From the human T2T-CHM13v2.0 reference genome, Homo sapiens, in NCBI RefSeq assembly GCF_009914755.1, contig NC_060929.1: DNA of 64,000 nucleotides; one strand, given 5' to 3'. Within the stretch, counting starts at the first letter, position 1. Each line of letters opens with the position of its first letter. Below, piece by piece: positions 1 through 19,466 of this stretch. The notes beneath the pieces are model-generated. The model saw only the letters and a program-made list of their open reading frames with translations. It searched no databases and was not told where the DNA came from. Both the position numbers and the translations under genes were made by a program.

Positions 1-2237
<2,237 letters not shown>

Positions 2238-4944
2238 CCACACACACACAATCTGTTGCAGGTGTATTTCGAAAGGGAATGGGTTTAAACTAAAGTGCAA
2301 AAGTTCTTTTTGTAATAACAAAATGTTGTCAAAAAACAATTAGTAATAGGTAATTGGATGATTGAAGTACCACACCTTGTCCAGTTACACAGTGGAGTAC
2401 TGTGCATTCCATTAAAAAGAAATGAAGAAAATCGCTATATGAGTTTGAGAATATAAGTAAGGAGCATTGTCTCTAGTTTTCTTCTGTTTAAAAAGTAGAA
2501 GGCAGTGGAAGAATAAACCAGGTAATTAAAGTAGCTATCTAGCAAAAAGAGGAGGAGAGGGTGAAACTAGATCTGTCAGGATGTATATCTGTTTTATATT
2601 TTAGAGTTTGGAACCATGTAGAGGTAAAGCATGATTTAGGGGGAAAAATAAAAACAATTCCTAAAGATACAAAAGAGACTGAAACATTTGAATCTAACTG
2701 TTACGATGTTGGTGGCACAGCTATTTGAGAAGAATATTTCAAGTCATTTTAATACATAGTATTTCACATGTACATCCCTGGTGGGATGTAACGTTACAAA
2801 AAAAGTAAGTTTGTAATTACATTCAGTAGTATTATTGTCATCAGTAATATTGGTATTGTTATTTTGAAACTCATATGTGTATATGAATAGTAGATAGAAA
2901 TAAGGTTATAGGACCTGGCATTTTTCACTATAAGAGAAATAATATCGGACCATTTCATATGGATTTCCCACAGGCACCTCAAATTCGTCATGTCAGAGTG
3001 GAATGTCATCATTATTACTGACATCACAATTGTACCCATTTGACCAAACAGGAAAGCTAGAAGCAGTGAAAGACTTTTTCACCTTTGGTCCACTGTTCAG
3101 CTTTTCTATATGTTGCCAGTTCTAGTTCTGAATTTTCTCTTGATTCTGTCCCATACCCTCTGCACCCAAGTCTGATAATGGTATTTTTCTTTCAGAAACT
3201 CTCATCTTCTCTAGCTACGGTTCCAGACCTTTTAGACCACAAAAACTCTGTTTTATCCCTGAAATATTTGTGTATACGACTATGTTATTTATTTACTCAA
3301 TCAGATACTGCTTTATGTGGGGATTATTTAATCCTTACATTAATTCTAAGTACTCCCTTGCCACAACCCCCTCCTCCCTGCTGCTAAATAAAACTGTAAA
3401 GATTCCTATGGATTGGGGCCAGCCACAGCTATGTATTATTACTATAAATTCTCTTCAAACCCTTTTGTTTTTAAAATTTTAACCAGAATTTTATATGACA
3501 TAGTTTAGAGTCAACTAGATAGATATATAAGGTTTCTTAAAGAAAAAAACTGTAGACACCTGTCTTTCTGCCATTTTTCCTTGCTCAGAGACAACCACTT
3601 TTAGTGCTTGTAGCCAATTGATTCTTTTGTATCTATGTTCAGATCTGTAAATAACACCCCTGTGTTGTTCCTTCATGAGTTGTTAATTGTAGGCAGTATG
3701 TATTGATACTGCCTTTGCACTTCCTCTGTGCCTTCATCCTCCAAGTAATCAAAATTCAGTGTTTACGTCATGATTCCTCTATTTCTTCTTCAAAGCTGAG
3801 ACATGTAGTCAGCTGTGATTACTTCTCCTTTTCTGTACAATCTTTTGTATTCTCTGGAAGTAATACTTACCTTTTTTTGGTATAATTTTTTTATGTTCAC
3901 TAAACTGTCTGACAGATGTCCAATATGTTCAGACACATCAAGGATTCTGTTACTTTAATTTTCTTGAGGAAGTCTCTTCAGAGCCATGCTGACTCCCACC
4001 TTGGGGCTCTTTCTTTTCCAAGTTTGTAGCTGCTGCTGCTTGTTCCTGTTGTTATGAAATTTTAGAATGAGGTGCCGTAATGTAAGTTTATTTAAATGCA
4101 TTCCATTGGGCACTGATGGGCTCTTATAGTCTGGAAGCAATCTCTTTTAGACTCTTTAGAGAAAATACACTCTCTTCGTTCTCCTGGATTGGGCATCAGT
4201 TGTCCAGATACTACAGAGTTGAAAATATCTAGCACTCTGTTTCTTAGACAGACTTTCAACCAGTCTTATTTTCTTTCTTCTTATTTTTAGCTTCCCCTTT
4301 CTCCTTCCCAAAAGTATAAGATTCTGCTACTTTCTGTGTTTTTTGGAGTGGAGAAGGGGAGAAGTTATATGAAGTAAATCTGGTTGCTTCTGTCAGCTTT
4401 CTCCTTTGACACCTTGGGATTCAGCTTTCTCTGACTTGAGTCAGTTTCCTCTTGAATTTCTTTCTTGCTTTCAGTGTTTGTTTCTCATTCCTCTTGTCTT
4501 TTTAAAATTATGCTCCCCCTCTTAAAATTTTTTTTCTGTAATTTTAGTAGGGTTTTAGATGGGAGTGAAATTATACATGTATTTAATAATGGGCAGGTGG
4601 TCTTACTTTCTACTCACAGATAAATACTGTCTGGTGATATCTGCCTCTGTGACTCTCTCGGTCTACTAGCTTATCTGTATATTTTCCATGTTTATCTTTT
4701 TTCCCAGATCTAGTTGTGTTTTTGTTTTTTGTTTTTTGTTTTTTCAAAAAAGTAAACTTGAGATAAAATTTTATTGTTTCAAATTTTATCTCCTCTTGCT
4801 TTTAATGAGGAATTGATATCTTGTATACCTGTATCTTTTAGTAGTAGCATACATAGTGCTTGCCACACAGTATAGTGTTTATATTTTTAATCTTTTATTT
4901 GGACCTTACCTTCACTTCTTGCTCAAAATTAGAGCAGCAACAAA

Positions 4945-5150
4945 TGTTGTTATCAACCATGGATGCTATCTGCTTACCTTGGGACTGTTTCGAAATGCTT
5001 GGAAGTATTCTTGATGGTCGTAATTTTTGGAGTACACTATTGGCACACAGTAAGCAGACACTGGAAGATGCTAAATCTCCCTCCATGCATGGGATGACTG
5101 TAAATGGTTCTCTTCATACAAAATGTCAGTAGTCCATCTTGAGAAGCATT
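4945..5150. mobile_element. Old MER20-like hAT DNA transposon remnant
   Basis: GATGCTAAATCTCCCTCCATGCATGGGA...CAAAATGTCAGTAGT...TTGAGAAGCA resembles the recalled MER20/MER20B family. Confidence 0.45.
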
Positions 5151-5997
5151 AATGGAAGTCATAAGGGAAACTTGGCTTTACCCTGAGGCTGTTCCTTGCC
5201 CATAACCCTCTCAGATGGTATCTGTTTCCTTCCCCACCTCTCAAGCACTTAGGCTGGAAGTGTGGGGTAAATGTCCTTCTTGGTCCTTTTTGCTGTTTCG
5301 TGACCACTGCATTCTTCTCTTCCTAAATATTAAAACAAAAATAAACAAACTCCACCCTGCTTTGAATTTCATGCTTACCCATTTTTGTTGTAAAAGAAAC
5401 ATCTCACTCATATCAAAATAATTTTTAGTCAAGTTTTCACATGTAACAATCAATACTCATGACTGATCTGTATAATTATGAATGAAATATGATTTCTAAT
5501 TTAATAAATATGCAGTATATATGCCACATGCCCTTTTTCCTCCAATTTATTGATTAACTTAAATGTAGATTTATTTCTAGGCAGTGAGTATAGGTGTTAC
5601 TAACTTCCTGTTTAGCTATCAAAAAGCCAATGTTTTAAAAATGCTTTTTGCTGCCTCTATTAGTGCATCATTTTTAAGGGTTATTTGTTTACATTGCAAG
5701 GGTAAGAATTACATTAACTGCATGTGATACCTATGTTATTACAATGTGATTAAATACAGTTGTATGCAAGATATATAGCTGTGTGTAAATATTATATACT
5801 TCATATCAAACTGCAATTTTAAAATGGATTATCTTGTAAAAGTGTGTCTAGTGTCAGAATATTGCATACCCTGCATACGTGTATGCATTCTTAAATTTGG
5901 TCTGTGATACTTATTTTAGTACATTGTTTCCTTACATGTGTTTTTCATAAAGCAATGACTTGCAGTATTATCACCAATCTTTCTTTCTGGTTTTTAG

Positions 5998-6093
5998 GTT
6001 GTGGAAAATGCCCTTAAAGTGAACCCAATACTAGGTCCACAAATGTTTCAACCGATTTTACCCTATGTTTTCAAGGGTATTATAGAAGGGGAG
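5998..6093 (+). CDS. IPO11: Importin-11 coding exon (probably exon 25): VVENALKVNPILGPQMFQPILPYVFKGIIEGE
   Basis: Acceptor tttttag| and donor GAG|gtaaga; 96 nt, phase 0-0; joins the next four exons in frame; peptide recognised as IPO11 C-terminal region. Confidence 0.95.
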
Positions 6094-6510
6094 GTAAGAT
6101 TTTTCTTTAAGTTCCAAAGGTAGTGTTAGACTATAGGATTCTAGTTTTAATTACTCTGTTAGATACAGAAGGAAAGCTTTTCTTGTCATTTGGATCATAT
6201 TAAATTATGTTAAATTTTCAGGGCGGTTAGACACCTTTGCCTTTTCCTGTTCCACACAGGGAAGCATAGATTTTCTTTGACATGTGTCTTTCAAACATAT
6301 GCATGTATGTTCACACAAAAATCATTTGAAGTACAGGAATGGTGAGTGGCTTAATTCCAATGCTTGACTACTAAGAATATGAGGGGGACAAAATAGTATT
6401 AATGTTCTTATAGACTGAATATGTTAAACCACTGGTTATTTTCTAAGAACAGCTCTCTTAAATAGATCCATGGACCTGTGTATGTTATGAGTATTTAAAG
6501 TAATATAGTA

Positions 6511-6601
6511 CCAGGAGGCAGAGGTTGCAGTGAGCCGAGATTGCGCCGCTGCACTCCAGCCTGGGTGACAGAGTGAACTCCATCTCAAAAAAAAAAAAAA
6601 A
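6511..6601 (+). mobile_element. 5'-truncated Alu (3' end only)
   Basis: CCAGGAGGCAGAGGTTGCAGTGAGCCGAG...A tail; AAAGTAATA on both flanks. Confidence 0.9.
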
Positions 6602-6853
6602 GTAATAAAGTAATATATGAAATTGATAAATAGTATTTTTCTCTTTATTGTATATATATATATATATATGGTGCATATAATTCATATATGTATTTAGTAA
6701 GTTAGAACTCAGGCAGTATTGATAGTTCATTCTAAAGAGAAGTAACATGGAGGAGAATGTTATTTTATATCCCTGTTGCTTGTTACTGTGTCAGTGATTG
6801 TTTTTACTTGTACCATAACACAATTTTACATGTGTTGTATTTTAATTGTACAG

Positions 6854-6967
6854 AGGTATCCTGTAGTGATGTCCACGTATCTTGGAGTTATGGGTCGAGT
6901 TCTACTACAAAACACTAGTTTTTTTTCTTCACTACTTAATGAGATGGCCCATAAATTTAATCAGGAG
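6854..6967 (+). CDS. IPO11: Importin-11 coding exon (probably exon 26): RYPVVMSTYLGVMGRVLLQNTSFFSSLLNEMAHKFNQE
   Basis: Acceptor gtacag| and donor GAG|gtaaga; 114 nt, phase 0-0; lies inside ORF 6776..7009. Confidence 0.95.
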
Positions 6968-7474
6968 GTAAGAATCAATATACTTAAATTTAAGGAAGTC
7001 TTTATCTAAATATAAATTAGAAATAGTTTGATGAAATAATGAGTCTTTGTAAAAGTCGCTTTGTAGTATTTAGACCTTTACATTTTAAATCTTTATTTAT
7101 GCTGTATCAATAATTTGGGGTAGAAAAAGAATCTGTAAGTGGCACTTGAAACTTATACATTTTTGTCCTCGCTCAAAATAGGTGATTTTATTCTGCTTAG
7201 CCTAGAATATAATGTTGATTTGTTTATAGCTGCTGTTTTTCTTCACTGATACAGAATCTGGAAACGGGTATTTTGCATGTAGTGATGTATCATCTTTGTA
7301 TTACTTCTTTAGTTAACTTATTTTTTAATGCCACAGATTGAGAGTATTTCTGTTCTGTTTATTGTGGAAAATGACCTTTTTAGCAAAGGTTTATTTTTAA
7401 AAATTGTAGTTGATATCTGTTACCAGAGTAAGTTTGGAATAGGTTTTTTAGTGAGGTGATTTAAGACTATATAT

Positions 7475-7871
<397 letters not shown>

Positions 7872-8104
7872 CTACAATGGAGACAATTTTTTAAAATCTT
7901 TTGGTTTATGGCTGAAAACAAATATAACTATTTCTAATACAAGGAAATCCAGAATAAGGAAGTACAAATTTTAAAATATATGTAGCTTTTCTAGAATTAG
8001 ACTAATCTAATTAGAGATCCCAACCCTTGTTTTGATAAATAAATAGGGTATATTTTTATTAGCTTATTAATTTTAATTGAAATGGGGTAATATATATTTT
8101 TTAG

Positions 8105-8221
8105 TTTTTTTTTTTTTTTTAAAGTAGAGATGAGGTCTTGCTATATTTTCCAAGCTGTTCTCAAATTTCTGAGCTCAAGTGATCTTCCCACCTTGGCCTC
8201 CCAAAGTGCTGAGATTACAGG
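8105..8221 (-). mobile_element. Alu left-arm/FLAM fragment
   Basis: T run followed by AGTAGAGATGAGGTCTTGC...CCCAAAGTGCTGAGATTACAG. Confidence 0.85.
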
Positions 8222-8948
8222 ATAACTAAAAATATTTAAGAACATAAGAGAGGAAATTAAAATTACCCAGAGGAAACATCAGGATGCCATTACTATGTAT
8301 TTACTTTCTTGTTTCCATGAGGGGCCTGGTCATGTTTCCAACATTTCTTGAAATATATGTCCTTCTTCCCTTGCATTAGTTCATGAAGATTCAGTCTGAG
8401 ATCACAATGAGTAAATATTTAATCACCAAAGTCATGGATTAATCTCTTAAAAATTTTTTTAATTGACACATAATAGTTGTAGACATTTATGGAGTACATA
8501 GTGCTATTTCTATACATACAGCATATAGTGATCAAATCAGGGTAATTGACATATCTGTCACCCCAAACACTTACTATTTCTCTGTATTGGGAACATACAA
8601 CAGCCTCCTTCTAACTATTTGAAACTATATATTACTGTTAACTGTAGTTATCCTGCAGTGCTATATAGAACACTAGAACTTATTCCTCCTATCTATGTGT
8701 GATTTTTTTATCTTTTAACCAATATCTCTCTCTCTCCTCACTTTCCCCTTACCTTTCCCAGTCTAGTAACCACTATTCTACTTTCTGCTTCTTTGAGGTC
8801 ATCTTTTTTAGCTTCTACATGTAAGTGAGAACACGCAGTATTTCTCTTTCTGTTCCTGGCTTATTTCACTTAACATAAGGCTCTCTAGCCTCACTCATGT
8901 TGCCATGAATGACAGGAATTCATTCTTTTTTGAGGTCGAATAGTATTC

Positions 8949-8955
<7 letters not shown>

Positions 8956-8995
<40 letters not shown>
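8956..8995. repeat. (TG)n microsatellite, about 20 units
   Basis: Uninterrupted TG run read directly. Confidence 0.97.
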
Positions 8996-8996
<1 letters not shown>

Positions 8997-9381
8997 TATT
9001 TTCTGTATCCATTCATCTGTAGATGGGTGCCTAGGTTAATTCCATATCTTGGCTATTCTGAACAGTGCTGTAATAAACATGAGGGAGCAGGTATCTTTTC
9101 AATACAATGATTTCCTTTCTTTTGGAGATGTATATATCCAGTAGTGAGATTGCTGGATCATACGATAGTTCAATTTGTAGTTTTTTGAGGAAACTCATAT
9201 TGTTCTCCATAATGGCTACACTAGTTTACATTCCCACCAGTAGTGCCTGAGTTCCCTTTGCTCTACATCCTTTCCAGCATTTTTTTTTTTTTGCCTTTTT
9301 GATAATAGCCATTCTAACTGGAGTGAGATGATATCTCATTGTGGTTGTGATTTGCATTTCCCTGATGACTAGTGATGTTGA

Positions 9382-9660
<279 letters not shown>

Positions 9661-10308
9661 AGATGTTGACCATTTTTTCATGTACCTGTTGGCCATTCGT
9701 ATGTCTTCGTTTGAGAGCTGTTTATTCAGATAATTGTTCTACTTTTAAAATGGATTATTATTTTTATTTAGCTGTTGTTTGAGTTTCTTGTGTATTTCGG
9801 ATAGTAATCCTTTGTTGGATGTATAATTTGCAACTATTTTCTCCCACCCTGTGGGATGTTCTTTTACTCTGTTGTTGGTTGCTTTTGTCATATAGAAGCT
9901 TTTTAGTTTGATAGAATCCCATTTGTCTATTTTTCCTTTTGTTGCCTATGTTTTTGAGGTTTTATTAGTAAAATCTTTTCCCTGACCAGAGTCCTGGAGT
10001 GTTTTCCTTATGTTTTCTTCTAGTAATCTTATAGTTGTGGGTCTCACATTTTAAGTCTTTAGTTCATCTAGAGTTGATTTATGTATATCACGAGAGGTAG
10101 GGATCTAGTTTTGTTCTTCTGCATATGGATATCCAGTTTTTCTGGCACCATCGTTGAAGTAACTGTTTTTTCCCCATAAATATTCATGCTATCTTTTTCT
10201 TAAATCAGTTGGCTGTAAATGTATGGATTTATTTCTGGGTTCTCTGTTCTATTGGTCTGTGTGTGTTTTTATGCTGGTACCATGCTATTTTGGTTACTGT
10301 ATTTGTAG

Positions 10309-10643
<335 letters not shown>

Positions 10644-10956
10644 CTTATGTAATATATTTTGAAATCTGGTGGTGTGATGCCTCTAGCTTTGTTCTTTTTG
10701 CTCAGCATTGCTTTGGCTATTTGGGATTTTTTTATGGTCCCATACAAATTTTTTTTTCTATCTCTTTGAAGGATGTAATTGGTATTTTGATAGGGATTGC
10801 ATTGAATCTGTAGATTGCTTTGGGTAGTATGGCCATTTTAATAGTATTAATTTCACCAATTCACGAACATGGTGTGTCTTTTTTTTTGTATTTTTTGTAT
10901 TTTTTTTTTACTTTTTTATGTTTTTAAATTTTAAAAATTTGCTGTTTTATTTAAAA

Positions 10957-11580
<624 letters not shown>

Positions 11581-11762
11581 ACCTTCAGTTTTTTTTTAAT
11601 CTAGTTTTTAATTAAGAAAAAGAAAATGTCATTTGGGTCCATATCAACATTTGATCTGATTAAATCCAAATGCAATCCAGTGTGATATTAAATCAGTTAA
11701 ATGTAATTTAACATTGATATTTTTCTTTGGGCTGCTGTTAGCTTTAAAATATTGCATCATCA

Positions 11763-12020
<258 letters not shown>

Positions 12021-12086
12021 TCATATGAGGACTACTCCAGTTACTGCTTGGTAACTTTGAAAGCAAACACATTTTAAGGTTTCAGT

Positions 12087-12310
12087 GGCTGGGTGTGGTG
12101 GCACATGCCTTGTAATCACAGTGCTTTGAGAAGTCTAGGTGAGAGGATTGTTTGAAGCCAGGAGCTTAAGACCAGGCTGGGTAACAAAGCGAGACTCCAT
12201 CTCTACAAAAACTAAAAATAAATAGAGCCCCAGAATTTGAGGCTGCACTTAGCTGTGATCACTGCACTCCAGACTGGGCAGCAGAACAGGATTCTGTCTC
12301 TAAAAAAAAG
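12087..12310 (+). mobile_element. AluJ-like element with internal deletion
   Basis: GGCTGGGTGTGGTGGCACATGCC start; GTTTCAGTG just before it and again at 12365 (probable TSD). Confidence 0.85.
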
Positions 12311-12741
12311 TTTAAATTTTTTTTAAACCAAAAAAATTAAAATGAGAATTTTTTTTTAAATGAAGTTTCAGTGATTTGGATATCACTTCCAAAACAACCT
12401 ACTTTTTATTACTTCTCATTGTCCTTTACCTGCAATTTCCTTTCATCGTCTTTCCATCCTCTTTTATTTTTCCTTTCCTTGCTCTCCTAGTCTTGGATAC
12501 TCCTTCCACCCCCAGATTCCTACTGTAATTGGTTTTGATTGTTTGTTTTGTGGCTTTTTTGTAGCTTGTGATTATTTTACAAAACTTCTACTTGATGAGG
12601 GCTCAGTATTCTTGTTAGATGTATTCACATGTCCAGCCCTTTCTAAAATCCCTTGGTACATCAGGATCCTGTCCCCTTGAATATCTTGGGTTTTCACCTC
12701 AGTCGCCTAGATCCCATTTGAATGCTTGGCCTCACTTGTGA

Positions 12742-13112
<371 letters not shown>

Positions 13113-14474
13113 ATGAGCTCTTTCTTGCTTAGGAACTTAAAATATACCCCTGGTCTCTCACTTCCCATTGACATATCATTTGTTTTGACAGGAAATCAGT
13201 AATAGAAATGTAAGGGAAATACTGTTATTCCTCCATCTATAGGCTAGTGAGCTAATCCAGATCTTACAATGCCTATTTTTCCCTCTTTTTCTTCCCAGTT
13301 CTATATTGTTTTTATATCCACACTTCATTGTGCTGGTACCTAGAATACATTCCTTTCCAGAATGCTGTGTTCTTATTCTGGATTAGACATTTGGTCTTCT
13401 GGATTGGACAGCTGGTTTGATATTTTTCACGTTACACTGATGAGGTTTGACTGGTTCATATGTTTGCTGCACTGTCCGTACCCCAACTATGGCTGAAAAG
13501 AACTCTCAGCCCTCTCTTCTCTGCCTTCTCTCCTCAGGCTTTTACTTTTCAGTCTTTCACTCAGCCTTCTATTTTTTTTGTTTGTTTTTTCATTTGTTGA
13601 GCTAGAATTATAGTAAGTCACCTAGAACTTTATACCAAGGCTCAATGTACTGTGGTTTTAAAAGTGTGTTTTGAATCCTTGTTAAATTAATTATAAATTC
13701 TGCAGCCCAGAACTGATACTCAGCTGATAGATGTCAGTGTGGTCATACCAGTTGTTAAAATATTGACCTAAATCCTGCAAATTAGCAAACAGGGTAAAAA
13801 ATGACTTTAATAAGTGTTATAATGAATAGTATAAATTTTACTGTAAAAAATTGAGCATTCCTTTTAAGTATTGTAAACACATGTTTTGAATCTGCAGGAG
13901 TACAGTGAAGAAATTTTTATCAGTAATAAACTATCAATAATAAGCTAGTTTAGAACATCATCTGGTATATTTAACAATTTTTGAAGTGTTCAAGAACTAC
14001 GTAAATATAGGATTCAGTGCAAACTAAAATTAGTATTTATTCCTGGAATAAAGAAACTTTTACTATTTCAACAAAAATATAGTGGCTTGCTATTGCTAGT
14101 AACATAAAGTTTAGGTGCAAAGATGCTTAAGAATTATATCATTAAGAATTGAAGGGTCTAAATTATATTTTATCAGAATGTCAGTTATTTTCTATTAAAG
14201 TTCCACTGGCAAAAGTAAAGAATTTTTGCAACAGTCAGGGAAAAAAGTAAAGTATCATCATGAATTGACAATAAACAGTTGTGTTTGAAATAAAAAACGC
14301 AGTTTTTAACTATCAAAATGAACAAAAATACTATCGGCATTTTTTCAATACCATTTACTGTGTAGTTTTAATAGAATATTTTAACGAATAAAATATTTAA
14401 TAAAAACAAAATTAATATTAAAATGAGAGTATTATTACATTGTAGATTTGTTTCCGACCTCTTAGAAAACTTGT

Positions 14475-15605
<1,131 letters not shown>

Positions 15606-15905
15606 GGGCAGCAAGACAGGTAGATGTTCACACTGCTACTTTTCCCAGACCCTCAGGTTTATTATATTTTATAGGGAATTGCTGTATGTGCTCTTGGCAA
15701 GACAATTAAAGGTACCCTTCCAGAACATGCAAGAATGCCATATGCAGCATAGACTATAATTAGTGCAGTAAAGTCAAGATTGCTTTGTCCTTACACTAGG
15801 GACACTAAATAAAGCAGAAATCAGGAGGCCTTCCCAGGACTAGGGCTAATCAGAAGCCATCATATTGGATTAGCATTCAAGATGGAGTCATTTTTGTCTC
15901 CGCAG
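15606..15905. mobile_element. Probable ERV1-class LTR fragment
   Basis: Ends CAAGATGGAGTCA...TGTCTCCGCA, typical of MER4-group LTR termini; family not resolved. Confidence 0.45.
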
Positions 15906-15909
15906 TCAG

Positions 15910-16232
15910 ATTAAAGAATTGGCATACATAATTTTCGGGGCTGGTAAGTCTGAATTTTGCATAGCAGGCTGGAAACTCAGGCAGGATTTCTGTTACAGTC
16001 TTGAGGCAAAATTTCTTCTTTCCTGGGCATACTGTTTTTGCTCTTAGGGTTTTCAGTGAATTGGATGAAGCCCACTCACATTATCTAGGGCATTCTCCTT
16101 TATTTAGCGTCAACTCATTGTAAATGTTAATCACATCTACGTAATACTGTCACAGCAACATCTAGCCTAGTGTTTGACCAAACAACTGAGCACCTTAGCC
16201 TAGCAGAGTTTATACATAAAATTAGCCATCAC
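15910..16232 (-). mobile_element. MLT2 (ERVL) LTR fragment
   Basis: Ends CATAAAATTAGCCATCACA; contains ATTGGATGAAGCCCACTCACATTAT. Confidence 0.85.
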
Positions 16233-16766
16233 ATTCTGTATTATGTTGATTTGTTTTAGCATCATTTTTAGTGTAGCATGCAAATGTCTTAGGAAATAAT
16301 TCATTTGTTTTCCTTTGAAACTCTGCAGTTTGAGGTTGCAACTTGTCCTCTCCTCTGAGGGTAGCAGCAAATTAGTCTAGCAAATTAGAGAACAGTGAAC
16401 AGTAGTCATCCAATTGAATAAAGAATAATCTAAGTACAAGTTGACAGTTTTGAAAAATGCATGTTTTTTTTAATTGTACCAGATTGGCAGTGATTTATTA
16501 AATGATACTACTAAAATCACTCATGGGCTACATACATGTTTTGAATAAGTCTGCTTAGCTGTCAGGATTAATTAGAGTCAGTTTCTGGTTTTGCTCAAAT
16601 TATCCATTTCCAGCTCATGACTTAACCCCAGTTCAGGTATTCCAGTTCTGTGGTTTACTATAATTGAATTTTAACCATGACTTATGAGGCTTTAGCCTTT
16701 AAAAGTATTTACCCACAAGTAAAACATATTTTAGGTATTTTGAGATGCCTCCTCCTCTTGTTTCAG

Positions 16767-16888
16767 ATGGACCAGCTTTTGGGAAATATGATTGAAATGT
16801 GGGTTGATCGAATGGACAACATTACCCAGCCTGAAAGAAGAAAACTTTCAGCTTTGGCTTTGCTCTCTCTTCTGCCATCTGATAATAG
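16767..16888 (+). CDS. IPO11: Importin-11 coding exon (probably exon 27): MDQLLGNMIEMWVDRMDNITQPERRKLSALALLSLLPSDN(S)
   Basis: Acceptor ttgtttcag| and donor AG|gtgagg; 122 nt, phase 0-2; AG+T completes Ser with exon 47221. Confidence 0.96.
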
Positions 16889-17469
16889 GTGAGGAAATGT
16901 TTTCTTAAAATTTGTTTCTTTCAAGCATCAAAATGTAAACACTATTTTTGGCCATCAGTATTGCTGTGTGTTGCTGGGCAGTGGTACTTTTATATATATG
17001 GATGTGAATTTTGTTAGCTGATAATGATGTGGTAAATGTTGGTCTGGATCCAGAAAGCAGTGAGTGGGATAGGTACTGTTGGATTGTGGGGGCTGTAGTT
17101 TATTTTGGTTGTATTCATTTTACAAATTTATTTCATTCTTGTCTGAATTTCCATTTTTTATAATTACGTTTTATTAGACTAATCTTCAGTCCTCTGTTTA
17201 CATAGATATATTAAATATCTAACATTTCAAAGTCAATAGCACTTCATAAAGTATGTTATAAAGTGTGTTAATTCAACAGTATTATTAGTTTTGTTTTCTT
17301 TTTATTTTGGATTATTTCTAAGGACGTTTGCAAGTTGTTTTTTTTCTTCTAAAACTTCTCACTCCCATAAAGCAAATACAGAATGCTTTGGTTTGGTCAT
17401 TTAAAGAAGAATATGTTTCTTTGTTTTAATTCCATTTTGTGGAGTTCGGCATGAAATACTTTTAAAAAT

Positions 17470-17862
17470 AAACTTTGACAGTCAGTACCTAGTTCTCATT
17501 CATGCTGTGTAGATTTTTTAAAGTGGTGGCAGGTATATAAATAACATACAGCTTCATTGGTGACTCTTCCTCATTACATTTTCTGGACAACTGCACATGG
17601 ATGTGGTATGGGACATTGCTTATACTTTTGGTTTAGTCAGCTTGATTGAGCTTCATATCAGTGCACTCACCTGGAGCCCCCTTCGTTTTCATAGCAAAAT
17701 TTTGAAATTTCTTTTAGTGCATGGTCAGCACATTTCTTGAAACCCACTTCATGGATGCACTTATGAATGTTGGTGGTATATTCTCAGGTCACCACCTTGT
17801 TGATGGCATAACAGCCCTTTTTGCTGCCCTTCTGTACCAAAGCCATTATGCTGGGCCCCTAT
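17470..17862 (-). pseudogene. Processed pseudogene of ribosomal protein L31
   Basis: Reverse strand from ATG at 17846 reads [38 protein letters not shown], versus RPL31 [41 protein letters not shown]. It ends ..NEN* at 17489, is intronless, and carries stops and indels. Confidence 0.92.
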
Positions 17863-17962
17863 TTTTTTGTACTTTTAATTCTAAAGGCTTAAAAGCAGGT
17901 CTCAGGGCTTGATGTTGTGTTAAAAGAATAATGATACTACATTAGATCTTTATGTCTTAGGA

Positions 17963-18304
17963 CAGCGGTCCCCAGCCTTCTTGGCACCAGGGACCTGTTT
18001 TGTGGAAGAAAATTTTTCCATGAACTGGGGGAGGGGAAGGGGATGTTTTCAGGATGAAGCTATTCCACCTCAAATCATTAGGCATTAGATTCTCACAAGC
18101 AGTGTGCAACCTACATCCCTTGCATGCACTGTTCACAATAGGGTTACCACTCCTATGAGAATCTAATGCCACCACTGATCAGACAGGAGGCGGAGCTCAG
18201 GCAGTAATGCTTGCTTGCCCTCTGCTCACTTCCTGCTATGCAGCTTGGTTCCTAATAGACCATGGGCTGGTACCAGTCCATGGCCCAGGGGTTGTGGAAC
18301 CCTA
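17963..18304. mobile_element. MER1B-like hAT-Charlie MITE, full length
   Basis: TIRs CAGCGGTCCCCAGCC / GGTTGTGGAACCCTA; 8-bp TSD TCTTAGGA (17955-17962) and TCTTAGGG (18305-18312). Confidence 0.9.
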
Positions 18305-19165
18305 TCTTAGGGAAATTTTAGAGCATACATATACTAGTGATAAATTAGTGACTTAAGTCCAGTTTTAGAAGTCCTTATTTGTTCTTTATGTATTATTTAC
18401 TTCTACTATGGTAATTTGTATTAAGGACATATGTAATTATTTTGTTGCAATATCATAACAATAGATAGTACTTAGCAAATGCCACATACTTTCCTAAGTG
18501 CTTTATGTTGGTAATTTAATTCTTAAAACAGCCCGATGAGGTATAGACATGATTATCCCTTCTCACAGAGCAAACAATTACTTAAAAATGTTAAGTAACA
18601 TATCTAAGATAAGAGATCTAGCATTTGACATGGCATAAGCCAATTTGAACCTGGGCTGCTTAACACTAGGAATGCCTCTTTTAACCACCAGGTGATATTG
18701 CTCCCCAGGTGGACATGCACAAGATGAAAAGATTTCTTCACTGTGAAATGGTGTGGCATCTTATTTATTTTTGAAAGCCAAATTTAAGTTACCTACATTT
18801 TAACTCATTGGTGTTTCTTTCTCTCATTGGGAAAAAAGTGACTTGAGAATTATTGAGGTTTTTAATATTGAAATGTTAAAGAACATGGTCCTTGGTGGTA
18901 GTCAGCACTCTGCTTGTTAGATAAATTAATGAATGGAAAAAAATGAGTTAATAAGACATGTTAGAGTTTTCTCCAAGATAAAGTACTGAGATTATTGAAA
19001 GAAAGCTAGAAATGGTGGAGGTTAAGTTTAGAAAGATACCTAATTGTATCAGAAAAATTTGTTTTACATTTTTAATGAGAATACTGTTTGCTTCAACATA
19101 TAATATTATGTAAGTGTGTGGTTGTTCAAAACTATTTTTGACATGTAAGTTGTGGAAATTTAATA

Positions 19166-19466
19166 TAGGTTGAGTATCCTTTATCTAAAATGTTTCTTTC
19201 AGATTTTGGATTTTTGAGATTTTGAAATATTTGCATATATATAACAAGATATTTTGGGGATGGGACTCAAGTCTAAATGTGAAATTTATTTATATTTCAT
19301 ATACACCTCATATAGTCTGAAGATAATTTTATGCAATATTTTAAATAATTTTGTATATGAAACAAAGTATTTGTGTGAAATTTTCCACTTGTAGCAGTAT
19401 TCTGGCACTCAAAAAAATCTCAGATTTGGGCCATTTCAGATTTTTGGATTAGGGATGCTCAATCTA
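19166..19466. mobile_element. Tigger4/MER46 (Zombi)-family MITE
   Basis: TIRs TAGGTTGAGTATCCTTTATC / GATTAGGGATGCTCAATCTA with TA flanks. Confidence 0.85.
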
